Shown: positions 50,401 through 64,000 of the stretch, one piece after another
How positions within the stretch are numbered: position 1 is the stretch's first letter
How the letters are laid out: every line of letters starts with the position of its first letter
Assembly: GCA_046563655.1 (NCBI GenBank)
Contig: CM102290.1
Coordinates: 11,408,001 to 11,472,000 of the forward strand
Reading direction: 5' to 3'
Origin: Yuukianura sp. NJ FZ-2021
Taxonomy: Eukaryota
Length of the DNA stretch: 64,000 bases
Notes under the pieces: generated by a model
Databases searched by the model: none
The model's input: only the letters and a program-made list of their open reading frames with translations
What the model was told of the DNA's origin: nothing
Made by a program: the position numbers and the translations under genes

Positions 50401-53400
50401 GTCACTTTGACCTGAAAATTACATTTTCTCATTATTAAGATAAAACTCTACTTCAGAAATACCAAATGCACTTACAATAGTATTGATGACGTTGTGGTCG
50501 GCATACTTGAGATTGATTGTGTAATACCCCGGCTCCGTTGGAATATACGAAATCTAAAGACATAAAGCAGACGATGCTTGGAAACCATGTCAAATATTCG
50601 CGTTCGTAACTTATAAATAACTTTTCAACTCACGTCAAGTGAATTGTCAGCCTTATCCGAGTGTTTGATTTCACATTTGCTTGGGCTGAAAACAAAAACA
50701 AACCAGCATAAAATAGAAAATGTGGATTGGATAACGTAAAACATCACAATACCAAAGCATAGGTTTGGATTTACCCTTCAATTGAGAGACTGAGACCACC
50801 GTAACCTGCGTTAGCCGTGTTCACATTGAAAGTGTTTTCGACATGAGTCTTTCCAGATGTGAGTCCACTTCCTAAAATATTGAATTCTTGAGTCTACTTG
50901 TTTTTAAAACGCTTTTAACTGTATTAATACTACCGAAAAGCTTACCCGTAACAATGACTTTGCCGGCATTGCCAACTTCCTTGAGTGATACATTGATCTT
51001 AAACGGAGAACCAGCGAGATGTTTACCGGCTTGTCTCACAGAAACTTCATGTTCACCAGCTAGAATAGACCAAATTAGAACTTTTATAAACTGTGTCGTT
51101 CATTTGATGCTCCAAGAACAAGACACGCAAAAGTTGTGAACTTACCTTCACGTGGAGTAAAGGAAACTCCTGCGAAGAAATTGAATTACACAGTTACATT
51201 AATAATTGCAAAATGTTTTTAATTTTACTGTTTCAATTCATACCAATGTTCCCATTAGGAAGTTTCTTGAGAATACAAGGCTCCTCCAATCCAGATGGAG
51301 CATGGATGTAGGCATTGAGAGTTTTGATGTCAATGTTGGACGTCGACTTGGAGAGGTCGCCGGGAAGAGCCACCTCGGAGAAGGCTCCAACTGAAATTTG
51401 GTTCCGTTTCCTGCCTTCGCCTAAAACAGAAAAAGTAAAACCACTGTTAACGCTTAACATTATACCAACATTCTCTACATTTTAGAAATCGGTGCTATCG
51501 GCTTACCAGTAATCTTGGAAGTGAATGGACCTAATATAACATTCAAAACAGAAAGTGTTAACAGAAATGCTTTTCACTTCATTTATTTTCTTTCTTAACA
51601 GTTTTTAAATTCACAACTTACTTCCACGAATGTGCTTGTCTCCAAACTTGGCCGAAATTTTGTATTCTCCGGGCGCCCTTAATAAACATAAAATCTTAAA
51701 TTGCGAATTAACGTTCGAATTCATAAAAACTACTCCCTTACATTGCGACATACTGCACTTGAACCGTTCCATCTTTCTTGTCAGTGCACTTGATGTCGGC
51801 TTTTGACGGTCCTTCGATGCTAATTATTTACACAGGTTAATGACACGTAATTGAACATGAAGCACAAACAATCCCTATAAACCAACATTTCTCTAAAACT
51901 AATTTACCTAAATTGAAGTCCTCCTGCCTTGGATCCTTTCGTTGTTACAGTAAAATTGCACGGTTCGCCACAAATTCCGTCTGCAAAAACAAAGTATATT
52001 ATTCCACGAACCTTTTGGTAAAAACGAATCCCTCTTAGTACATAAGTGACTTACGGGTGAGTCCGGGACCATAAGCTGTCAATGTATCAGCGTTGATTGA
52101 ATCGACGTAGAAGAAGAACGGAGAGCCGTTGACCTCTTTATGATTTTGTCGCAAGTGGAGTTCATGGACTCCGGGCATTGTCGGTTCATAACTCACTGTT
52201 ACAAATCCATTTTGATGGTCCAGAATTTCTGGCTGAGCAATTTTTCCATTTGGCATCTTCACTTCGGCTGTAAACCAAAAAAAAATGTAACCACAAAATT
52301 CTGCACATTTAGAAAAAAAAATACTAAACATCAGTGTACAAAAACTTTTGATGAAAACATTTACTATGCTCGACTCACCGTCTAAAACTCCGCCAACACC
52401 AGGAATCGGTAGCTGTGTAAGCTCGAGTGAGCGGTAGAGTCGTTGCTCGGTGGTTGTTTCGGTGGTGGTACGAGTGGCTCGGACTGTCTGGAAGCTAGTT
52501 CTTTCCTCACTGAAAGTTTCGGATACCGAGGATTCCGCCTGTAACAAGGGATTAGAGTTCCCATTAGACACACTGTTAAGGTCAAGGTCAAACTGAGAAA
52601 GTGGCCAGGGCCAACTGAACTGAAACTCTGGTCTGGGTTTCCAGGGAAATGAGGGGTACTCCTCTTCACCCAGCGGAATAAATCGAAGAACGCGACTATG
52701 CATGTCGACGTCAACTTATTTAGTCACTTAAAACTTGAGTGTGGACAAGTTGTCCAGAACCACCAAACGAGAAACCTGTTGGTCCTGGCTCTGATTACTG
52801 CCGCCAACGGCTGACACTCATCAAAGTCAACCTACAGAACTCGAAATGATCTTGATGACTCTGGTTACTTTACGATTGTGCCAAATTACAACTAGTATCA
52901 GTACACACAGAACAATCCGATAAGATTAGACTGAATCAGTCTGCTGGAAAAGATGGGCCACACCGATCTCTCAAACTGGAAATGCTGAATTGGGAGTTTC
53001 AAATTTAAAAACAATGACTCAAGTACAACCACTGGCATTCATCAATAAGCCAAACACGATTTTCAGGTTACACCCTTCAATAATCAGTCCATTGTCATCA
53101 TTTGTCAAGTCAAATCAAAGAAAAAAAAGACAAAAGAAAAAAATTAAAGGATCAGAGCACCCATCTTAAACCACATTCAAAAATTTTCGATTGCAGCAGG
53201 TTTTTCTTTATCCTGTTACAATACTTGCTCAAATCATGTCACATAACCAGTCATTTCAAGACTATTTCAAAAGTTTCGCTTTACCGATTTACTTTTTCAA
53301 AATTTCGGGTATCTTCGAAATTTTGAAGTAAAAAGTTGGCATAATGTAAACTTCGGCGTCTGGCAATCGCTTGCTGCTTACCAAGCGTCCAACCACAAAT

Positions 53401-56400
53401 AGTTGAAAACGCCTGCGCGTTCGGCTTGAGGATTAGGCGAAAATTACACCACGGTTAATTAATAAATCCCTTAGGAACTTGTTAATTACTGTAGGACTTT
53501 AGTATCTACTAAGGACAAATTAGAGTTATAATCTTAAATAGTCTAACAAATTGCTTACGGGAAGACCAGTGAAGACAGGAAAGGCTGAAGAACGAATCAG
53601 AAAAGAAAATCAGTTTGAATCGAATGGTTTAAGTGGCCGTAAAGCACCGGGAGTGAAACGATGTACCACGGTACATGCCAAATAATTCCTTATTCCTTCA
53701 ATAAAATTCTAAATTCTAAAAATAAAATTGAGGAGGAGCAGTTTCCTTCGGGATGTTACAATTTTTGAAAAGCATACCGCAGCATGCCACTTGGATTCAG
53801 CCCACAACTTCCAAGTCAGCCGAAGATATCACAACGTCAGAGGTCCACACCAATCTTGAACAATGTCCAAGTCTAAGCAACAAACAAAAAGTTCTCCGAC
53901 AACCTATGTAGCACTGAAAAAACCGAATCCAGCTAAAAGCACCTAATTGGCTAAAAATTCTTCGAGTTCTGTCATTCCAGATACGTACGACATTGTGTCG
54001 ATAAACCAAACCCATTTCGCGTCCATTTTTCAAAAATTCGAAACAAATCAACACATTCAAAAAATTGTACCTTTTAGAACTAATTTCATGAACATAAATC
54101 ATTTTTCACTCTAACAAAACTAATTTAACATTCGAAATCCAAGCCAAGCTATCCTGAGTACCGGAATTCCGGACCGGAGCAAGTCATTTCATATTCGCCA
54201 AGAGAATCCTTAGACACGCTTCGCAAAAACAAAACGTTTCAGCGCCGTTGCCCGTATTATAAATAGAGACACGCAAAATTAACAAATTAGGCCTAACGGA
54301 GCTATTTAATAAAAACATAATGAAGATCACACAGCTAAAGGACGACTTGCTTCTTTAGCAGCCCAGATTTAACTTATACAAGTCGTCCCGTTTAGAAATC
54401 CGTCACTCCGTAAAACATTTCTAATCGAACAACAAGCCAAAAAACTTGGCACCGAAAATCTGACGTCCAAATAAATCCTACACGAATCCATTCATCTTAA
54501 TTCGTTTCGCTCCAGCAATTCCTCGACTTACAAGCCAACATGCATATCATTTTGTACAGTCATAGTGGCAGTAGTGTAGACAGCTTTTGACCGTCAAACT
54601 GTTTGCCACCATACTCACTCCAGCCTCTAAGTGGAATCCGATACTAATAAAAATACAACCATTCTGTGTCGTCTGCCAACAAAAACCGGCGGATTCAGGA
54701 GCTGATCCATTCCTCAGCCCGCCAACTTTTTTTTATCGGTTTTAAAGGGCTTACTTTGTTTCCATTTCAACGTGCAACTTAAAACGCGCTATCAACATTC
54801 TTTTGTTTCAAAAAGAATCTTGCAACCTCAAGTGCCAGAATTAAAAAATGTAAGCTCACCTTGAAAGAATATGCGCCGCCGTGAATTGGAATTCCGCCAT
54901 ACTTGATATCAACGTTGTAGTCTCCAGCTTCTTTTGCTTTATAGTAAATTGAGTATGACTTGTCATCACTGTTTTCCTCAACCTCAACATCTACATCGTC
55001 CCTGTAATGAAATGATAAACATGACATTTGACTCAGACACAAAAATTAATGTAAAATTAAGATAAACTTCTGTCATCAACCACTCACTTTCCCTCAGCAG
55101 ATGAAATTCTGCAAGTGACTGCTCCGGGTCCCCCCTCCTTACAGTCCACAGTGATGCAATTCTCCTGTCCAACTTCAACCCTCTCTTCTCTTCCTTCAGT
55201 AATTCGACACTTTCCAGCATTTCCTGTTTGGTGTGCTTTGACCTTCGTGGGACGCTTGACTGGATATCCGCCGTAATTCACATCAACCTAAGAAACAAAG
55301 TGGATCGTTTCATTTCTATTTCAAAATCTAAGTTCCCGACAAATTTAATATCAATTCGCATACCTCATAATTTCCAATTTCATCTGGAACGTAGCTGGCC
55401 TTGAATTTTCCATTTCCGCTTTCCTGTAAGTCAACTTTGCGTTGTCGTGCGTCTGGTCCAACTACTGCTACTTCAAGATCTCCAACCCCAGCATCTATCG
55501 TGTCAATGTCAAAAGAAACCGGCAAGGACGCTGGAACGCCATTGGCCAAATTTCCTTCTTCGTCAACCTTAACTTTATGTGGCTCTACTCTTGGTTTCAC
55601 TTTCAATTCCACGGGACTAAATACAAAAAAAAATATTTGATGAAATTAAATGATTTCTCAGGAAGTTTTTACTAAAACTAAATAACCAAAACTTACGTGT
55701 TGACAATGTCCTTTCCATTGTACTTGACATTACACACGAGACTATCTCCCGCAGATCCTAATGGAGGAAGGTAGGTGACATGGAACGTACCATCTTTTAA
55801 ATCCTTCACTACTGGCTTTTCCTTCAGACCGTCGATTGTACATGACATTTCTGCAGGTCCGGCCTATACAAATTTAAAAATGATATAAAATGGGACTCAA
55901 CCAAGATTTTGTCCTAAAAAATTGCTTAGTGCAAAGCTTACCTCAGAAGCGTCCACAAGGAATGTTTGACGGACCCCCTCGCGCACCTTGGCAGGATCCA
56001 GACCGTCTCCGTAAGCTCTAACTTTCTTTTCACTCAAGGCATGGACTACGGGAACTTTGAAAGGAGATCCTGAGACACAAAAATTCATTTCAGTCTTTCC
56101 ACATTATTCGAAATACTGTTCAAAATTCACAAATTACCTGGAATGTCTTTATCTGCGAACGTGATGCCAATGTCGTACATGCCGACCATCTGCAAGAATA
56201 TTAACAAGTCACCATCCAGATCTTGAAATTTAGCTAATTAACAAACTCCTTACGGCTGGAATGTATTCCACGGTACACGAACCGTCACGATTATCTTTAC
56301 ATGTCATCTAGTAAAGAAGTAGTAAGATATTACAATGATTTGGAACAATTCTGACAAAATGAAGCAACCGAGGTTTGTCGTTTTTGCCATACCTGGGCTT

Positions 56401-59400
56401 CCGATGGTCCTAAAACAAAAACAAATGGAATTAAACGAATAATTCAATATCAGTTTCCTGGTAAAAAAACGAATGCAAAAACTTGAGTCATACCTGCAAT
56501 GGCCAACCCAAGTCCGCCAGTTCCCGCACCTAAATCAAACACATTGCATCAAAAAATTACAAAAGTTAGTACTTTTCAACCAGTTCGAAAAACAGCTTAC
56601 CTTTGGTTTCAATGTTAAAAAAATTCGGTTCATGGACAAAGGCTTGTTCCAATCCGGGTCCTCTGGCTTTGACTTTACTAGCATCTGATCCCCGGCTCAC
56701 GTCGACCTTGTACGGAAATCCGGGAACTTTGACTCCATCATACGTAAGCTCAATTTCATGCTGTCCTTCTTCTCCCGGCGTAAAGGCCACGGTCACTCCA
56801 TTCGAGTCAGCTTTCACTCCGTTCTTTTCATTTTGAGTCACCACCGTATCAAACTTCTGTCCCGACGGGCTTTGAATATAACAAGCTAATTTGTCCTTCT
56901 CCGGAATTCCGTTTACGTCAAACTCGGTTACAGAATCCAAGAAAATGTCTGTAAACAAACAAGGAAAAATTAGTTTTCAAAATATTTCCAACTATTCACT
57001 TCAAAAATCAAACAAATACTAAAACAACTATTGGTTAACTACGTTTTAGATCACTCTTAGGTAAATCATCAACAAAACTTCCACAATTAGTTCAACACGA
57101 AACTCTTCAACGCAGTAAGCTCCGCAGTTTAGTAGTAAGGAAGTGATTAGAGTCAGGCCAGAATTTAGGGCATTACACTTTAGTTGCAGCAATCCACTCC
57201 AATTCTGCACAAATTCCAACATGTAATACCGGCTCCACCGTGACAATTTTTGGCAGCTACTTGTTGGTGGCTATTTAGCTCCGTGCGGACTAGCTTCGGC
57301 CTTGCAGCTCTTCTTGGTTTAATGATAATTCTGAAAGGGCTTCCACGAATTGGTCTCTCATCAAACGTAACATGGACTGAGTACTCTCCAGGATAATGAG
57401 GCAGAAAGGAACAGAGACAAGTTCCATCGTAGTTGTCAAGACAGTGGATTGGTACTTCTTCTGGTCCAATGAGAGAGATTCCAAGGGGTCCATAACCAGC
57501 CTCCCGCGTGTCAATTGTAAAATGAACCGGTTCTGATTGCATTCCTCCTTTGAGACCAGTTCCATGAACACGTACTCGGCCAGGTTCGGCTGGTGGCATA
57601 CACAAGATACGAAGAGGGTGCCCGTCTGGTCCGTAAAGCAAAAGCTCTCCGAGCTCAAATGGTGTGTAGAAGTATGTTGTGGAGGCTGGAATGCCCAAAT
57701 TTCCGCGTCTTGTCATACTCTCCAGTTCTATTTCTCTTCCAGAAGGGGACATGAGTCGAAATGGTGAGATCCCTGCGAAGGGCCGCTCCTTGAGCCCTTG
57801 CCAGTACACGGTAAATTCTTGGCGACGAGCAATAGTAACAACTGAGGAAATGAGTAGGTTCAAGGTTATACTATAGCTGAAAATGGCTCCATAATTTTAG
57901 AAACTTTCTGATTTGCTATGGAAATTTGCGTAGTTCCTAAAATTTTTTCCTCTTCGGAGAAAGCTAATGATTGAACAAAATGAAACTTACTTGGTTCCAG
58001 TCCTTCAACGGTAATTTTGGACAAATCGACATGCGATTCCACATTGAGACTGATTGGACTTTGAGAGATTTCTTGATCATCAAAAAAGACTCTCACTTGA
58101 TACTTCCCTGGCACCGGCGGAGTGTAGTCAACCTATCATAAAGAAGTCTAAGTTTAAATGAAAGCATGTGATTGGTTCAAAGTACTAAAAATTCAGAAAA
58201 TTATTTAAATTTGACAGCTTTCGTAATTCCGGCTACAAAAGATTATTAAGAAAACGTGTTTGTTCTAACCACAAAAGTTCCGTCCAAATTGTCATGCGTT
58301 TGATATGGAATGGTTTTCCGAGTTTCGTCAGTAATTGCGACCAAGATCCCCGTTTTAGCATATCCGGCAGCCTTTGCGTCAATGTTGAAGTGCGTCGGAG
58401 TATTACTTTTCAAGCCATTTTCCACTCCAGGTCCAGACACGTGAACTTTATCTGGATTCCCTGGACTCAATGCTTCAACACGGTACGGACTCTTCTTGGT
58501 CGAAACTCCTCCAAAGTTAACCTTGTAAAATTCAAAATTAACCGTTAACATTACATTAATAATGACAAAAAAGGGAATAGCTACTACAAATTCGTAAGCC
58601 ACGCAATAAAAGCGTTACGACTTACAAAGATGGTGTGTTTTCCAGCTCTCAGTGGAGTGTATTTGCAGACATAATTCCCATCCGACTTCTCCCTTGCTTC
58701 ACACAGAACAGAATTTCCTTTTGAATCAACAATCTGCAAAATTCAACACAATGATTTCAGGTTATCAAAGAATGCAAACTTCCCTCTTCAACAATTAAAT
58801 TCAAACTTATTATCACGATTTGAGTCAAAGTGTTCACCTGGACATCAAGCGGAGCCGAACCAGCTAGGCGAGTATTGACACTAAACTCTACCGGCTCATT
58901 TACAACCAAAGTGTCACTAGTAACACCTTGGCCACTACACTCAACCTGAAATTGAAAAAAAGCGAAATCATGAAAATCGTTTAAACTCCAAGTTTTAGTT
59001 AATTTGGAGGGAGTAGCCATTGGGCGAAAACGTTTTTTGTCACTAAACGATTCAAAATGAAATAAAACATGAAAGTCAAAGTAAAACTTACCAATTCAGG
59101 ATGAAAGTCTGTTTTCGGCTTAATTATTGCATGGAATGGACTCTCAGGAATGTCTTCATCTTGTTCCAGAATGTGGACATAGTAGTCGCCAGGGGCTAGT
59201 GGTAAGTAGCTGACCTAGATTTCAAAATAAGATTTATAAAATTAATTTAAAAAATGCACATGAATGGACGTGAGTAAACTAATAACTAATCTTCAGATAT
59301 CTGTTTAGAAAAAAGCTGAAAGACTCACTAAACACGACATGTCTCCATTATCATCACATGTTATTTCGCTTTGACTTGGACCTTCAATCTGGAATCCGAG

Positions 59401-62400
59401 AGCTCCACTCTCGCCGTTGGTTTCAACCATAAACCTTGCCAGTTGATTTACAATTCCCGCCTTTAGTCCAGGTCCGTAGACACGAACACCAGAGTCTCGC
59501 TTGGGAGCCACTTGAACTTGGAAGTGTTCGCCAGTCGCCGGATTCAGAATTTCTTGACCAGCAAAAGTGAGCATGGCAACATGTCGTCCTACTTTAGTCG
59601 GAACGTAACTACCCTCGTACACGCCTCCCTCGACTTTCTTCAAGTGGATTGGAATGCTACCTCCACCTAAAAAGTAATTCCTCCGTTGATTAACATTTCC
59701 AAACTAGAAAATAGAAACAGAGCCAGTTTAAGCTTTACCTGGCTCAATCAACTTGGCTTCTGGAACTCCTTCACCAGCATTTTCCGTATTGAGTTGAAAC
59801 TTGCATGTCTGGTCACCTACTCGAATCCCTTTGGGCCGGAGACCTCGTCCAGATACTTTTACTTTCTTGGCATCAGAAGCTACACAGACGAACAAATTCA
59901 ACATTCAATTTTAATTCTTCTCTCAGAAAAACTCAAAAACAGGACATACCTGGAGAAATGTTCACCGGAAATGGACTATTTGGCACATGCTCACGGTTGA
60001 AAAAAACGTTGACAGAGTGGAGGCCAACAACCGACGAAGAATATTCACAACGCCATACATTTTCAGTAATTTGCCTCAGTTTGACAATGATTTTTTCACC
60101 CTTGGGATCCAAAATGGCAACGTCAGGAACACCCTTTCCGGCTTCTACAAATACAAACACCAAATACAATGAAATTTGCATGCGATAATGTGCGTGTCAT
60201 CAATTAGCTGCAGTTGTAAAAATTTGATTTACTCACGTTCAGTGGAAATGTCAAAGTAAGTTTGTCTCTTAATCACAACTCCAGTGGAACGAATCCCTTC
60301 TCCAAATACTTCAACTTTCGAAGGATCTCCTGATGGTGGTTCAACGGCAACTGGAAATGGTGATCTTGGGACCTGAAATTCAGCCAAACCTTTACGCGCT
60401 GAAAATTTCAATGCGTCAATTTTTGAAAAGTTTCAAAAACTAAACTTACGTGCAACATATGACCATGATGCCCGTAGACAACGGAAATGGTATGTGGACC
60501 TTCCAATTTTGGTGTATAAGTACAAGTGTAGGTCAAGTTTCGATCGTTGTTGAAAAGCGGGTCAATCTAAATCACAGAAAATCATAAGGTAGACACTAAT
60601 TAAAAAAGATTTTGAGCATTCAAAGAAAAAACAAAAATCTTTACGTGTTCCTTCTTTCCGTTGGGATCTTCCAGAACTACTTGGACTTCTCCTCTTCCAG
60701 CCGAGAAAGTTTCGATGGTAAATTGAACTGGAGTTCCAACACTGCAGCCATGAGGTTCAAGTCCAGGACCGTAGCATCGCACTCTGCAAAAATTATTCAA
60801 AAATTTAGCATTCCCAGGGTAATATTTGTAGCGAAAGTGCAATCCTTTCACGATTTGACACACAATTCAAGTGCCTTGGTTAGATGTTGTAACGTTGCTA
60901 AAGTTTAGACGAGTTAATTGTTGCCAACGGTTTGTTAATTTAACCAGACTGAACGAAAAGAAGTTAATTTGCCACACTTGTAAAACCCAAATTCCAGACC
61001 TGGGGTATCTGCAGAAATTGAACTTTGCTTCACCGTTTTGCTTAGCCCACCCATCCAAAATTGGAAAAGAATATATGATTAACGAATAAATAAAAATTAA
61101 TATAAGTAAACAATAATAATAAACTATCGGCTAAGGTACTGTCACTCCTACTTGTGGATTCTAAGAGGAAAGCTAAACGAACGAACCTGTTCGGATTTGT
61201 GCGTTCTCGAAGTGGAGCGCCAGGGTTGACCTTTGCGTTTGGATATTGCGACAGATACGTCATCATTGAAAGCTCGTCCATGTTCGGATTTACAATTTCT
61301 TCGGGTTTGATCAGCTAAATGACAAATCAATTAGCAGTTAGCTTTGTCATGTATTAATTATTACCTCTCACTTCAGAAGTCAAGACTTCTACCTGTCTGA
61401 CATTGAGCCAGTCATCAGCTAAGGTCATGGCTTCGCTAGCATTTTGCAATCCTTCGTTCTGATTCCAATCTGGCCAATCTGGACAGAGTCCAGGAGCAAC
61501 ACTGTCAACCAAAGCTCCAATCGCTTTTCCATCTCGCCAATCAGAAGTGAAGTTGGAAATTCCAAGTTCAGGCACTTTGTTCTGGACCCAGTTGAGAAGC
61601 CTATAGATGAGAAGTAACAAAGCGACATTCAGCAATGACATGGCGCTGAAAATTGTACTTAATAAGTAAAACTATTAATTATGGCCAACCTCTGTTTCGG
61701 TGTTGGACCCTTATCCTTGTCATTTCCTTCCTTTTCAGGTTCATCTCCTTCCCAAACCGACATAGAAATGGAATAGTGAAGAATAAGATGCCAGATAAGT
61801 CCCAGGATAAGTTTGAGTTTACAGTCCACGATGTCACTAGAATCTGTTCAACATGAGGTCACAAGGTTAACTTCATCAAAGTTCGGAAATGTCATCAAAA
61901 GATCATACGTCCTTGCTCTGAATGTAAACAAACATAACGTCCTTGAAACTTACCAATATTGACAATCTTAATTTGCTCATCCTTTTCCAAAAAGTTGAGT
62001 GCCACAGAAACATTTTCCAGTTTCTGTGAGCGGAAGCTCGGTTTCTTGTTATGTTTTGGCAGTGTTTTCCCAGACAGGACTTGCAGTAAACCAATCAAGC
62101 GCAGTCCATCTCCCAAATCCGTTTCCAGACTGTTGATATTTTGATGGATCTTCTTCAGATGTTCGTTGGCCCATCTCGTGAACGTATTTTGCTGGATCTT
62201 CTTCCAGGCCCTGCAAAAATCCCAAATACAGAATCAACCACTGCTTCACTTATCTTAACCTCCCTTGTAAAATCTAAGTAAGTCATTATGACAGGAGCAC
62301 GTTTACAAACCGGTATACCGGTAGCCCTGACTTTGACCGCAATAACCGCAGCAATCCAACCCTTTACTATGCCACTTAACAAACAATAACACCCGACCTG

Positions 62401-62669
62401 ACAATTAGATCAAAATAGCAAGGACAAGCGATGTGTCCAGTGTCAGGACACTGTCATTGTCACTGTCACCAAAACCAATATGATTCAAGTTGACAAGTAC
62501 CAATAAACAAAAGAAATAAAGTTTGATTAGGGGAAGATATGAAGTAGAAAGAGCGATTAACTTACGCATCGTCTGCAATCATGTCCTCCATGATATCCAC
62601 TTGTTGACTATGATCGTCCTCTTGCATGTCATTGGATTTACTTGGATCTAACTTGCCTCCACCCATCAT
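47496..62669 (-). CDS. cher: Filamin (cheerio-like): tandem CH actin-binding domain plus many Ig-like filamin repeats
   Basis: [80 protein letters not shown]. Repeated 'GPGL', 'YTP..G' and 'GSPF' motifs; ends [10 protein letters not shown]. Dozens of short exons. Orthology to cher rather than another filamin is inferred. Confidence 0.95.
57180..57842 (-). CDS. Alternative filamin exon encoding two additional Ig-like repeats
   Basis: Acceptor TTTCCTCAG in phase 1, matching the upstream donor at 57990. Contains [52 protein letters not shown]. Confidence 0.75.
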   Translation of the reverse strand, partial: VVTIARRQEFTVYWQGLKERPFAGISPFRLMSPSGREIELESMTRRGNLGIPASTTYFYTPFELGELLLYGPDGHPLRILCMPPAEPGRVRVHGTGLKGGMQSEPVHFTIDTREAGYGPLGISLIGPEEVPIHCLDNYDGTCLCSFLPHYPGEYSVHVTFDERPIRGSPFRIIIKPRRAARPKLVRTELNSHQQVAAKNCHGGAGITCWNLCRIGVDCCN

Positions 62670-62987
62670 TTCCACCTGTGTACCAGCATCCAGGAACAAA
62701 AAAAAAGAGAACAAGAGGATGAAGTACTAATAAAAACACCTTCGTCAAACTACACTTGACAATAGACACAAACATCCCATTGTTCCCCGGCAATCCCACA
62801 ACACGGTGGGTACACCAGTTGAGACAACTCCTCTGGATGCCGTCTATTTAAGCACAACATTGTGTTACTATGTATAACCACTGCCAGTCATATTGTTAGT
62901 TGTTTCAATTAATCCCGAGTTTCTCTTGCTACTCGTAAATTACTTCAATTAACTTCAATTAACAGGATTGCACCCTGCAATTACCAT

Positions 62988-63300
62988 GTAATTTTAGCTC
63001 ATTTGTCATTTCTACTCTCAAATCTCAAGTCTAACATGAACTCGTGCGTTACAAAGTACTTACTTCAACCGTACCGCAGTTGAGAATCAACCTACCCTAA
63101 CATAACTAAAATTAGCAAATTAATTAATAAAATCTAAGGTTGCATCATGCATTTATAACGTAATTTTAGCTCATTTGTTATTGTTACTCAAGTCTAACGT
63201 GAACTCATGCGTTAGATAGTCCGTACTTCAACCGAGCCGCTTTTAAGCATCCACCTAGCCTAAACGAATCAAACTTCTACTAAAATTGGCAAATCTACCA
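62988..63300. repeat. Imperfect direct repeat, two copies about 172 bp apart
   Basis: GTAATTTTAGCTCATTTGT...CTCAAGTCTAAC.TGAACTC.TGCGTTA...TACTTCAACCG occurs from 62988 and again from 63160. Confidence 0.85.
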
Positions 63301-64000
63301 CAGTTAGTAAACCTAACTTATTTTTAGTTAATCAAACTAACTTAATCATCAGAGGTTCCCTAACATTAAAGTCTAACAATGGAATATAATGAAGGCGTAT
63401 TTAAAAAGAACTTTGGTGTAACATAGGCGTCATCGTCGTTTAGTTTTCACCTCGTTGAAAATATGCATCAAGACTAAGAAAAATGGACGATTAAGGAGTT
63501 GTTGGACTCAAGTTATGTTAGAAAGTGGACATACGACCACCGCCGAGCACCGTCAAATGTCATACCGTGTATGGGTATAAGGATTAATGCCAAATTCAAT
63601 ACTAGGTGACAATGCAGAACCAAGAAGGATACAAATTCGAACAATTGATGATTCTTAAGATGATTTCGCAATTGTCCGTCCGTCTGTCCCTTACCGCCAA
63701 GGGAGAAACGTTGGTCATGGGAATTTGGCATGAATACTACCACCGATAACCTTTTGTATACCAAAGATCTATTGAACCAAAACGTAGTAGTACTTAACCA
63801 TTATCTGTCACCACTTCAGTCCCTGACACCATCCTGAACCATTAGCCATAAAATGTCAAAAGTCTTTTCTCGGAAGGATAAGAAGTTATTACCAAAGCTT
63901 GGAACTAGTAAACCGTTTTTTGTTAAAGCAAAAAGCTTGTATGTAAGTTTAAGTTCAGTTTTCAAGTCATCCTGGAGCCATTCAGCTCTTAAGCTTGACG

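Noticed and set aside
63513..63764. 83-aa minus-strand ORF near the window edge
   Set aside because: It may be the last exon of a gene outside the window, but there is no recognisable homology to support a call.

Overview
AT-rich eukaryotic (animal, arthropod-like; a springtail/Collembola origin is only my guess from the compact 50-100 nt introns and lineage-specific LRR gene) genomic window. Positions 1-12 kb are essentially non-coding with several MITEs. Then comes a dense block of spliced genes: an LRR-like orphan (-), a ZAD-like/C2H2 zinc-finger gene (-), BET1-family SNARE (+), a 778-aa five-exon orphan membrane protein (-), NOA1 (+), METTL27-like methyltransferase (+), cyclin J (-), transketolase (-), A20/AN1 zinc-finger ZFAND5/6 (+), a 318-bp palindromic satellite array, and a highly fragmented filamin gene (-). 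The best candidate for something new is the 19553-22805 gene. It is a cleanly spliced chimera: signal peptide + periplasmic-binding/ANF-receptor-like domain + furin site + Tyr/Ser/Thr linker + six-Cys Gly-rich hydrophobic hairpin + a 'VICTEL..GYH..PWA.HM' module that I recognise from phage/bacterial proteins + C-terminal membrane anchor. Also notable: duplicated alternative N-terminal exons in transketolase, an intron-free two-repeat alternative exon and an internal start in filamin, and a satellite whose unit is itself a degenerate palindrome. All gene models were built by hand from GT-AG sites and reading-frame phase; no database searches were run.
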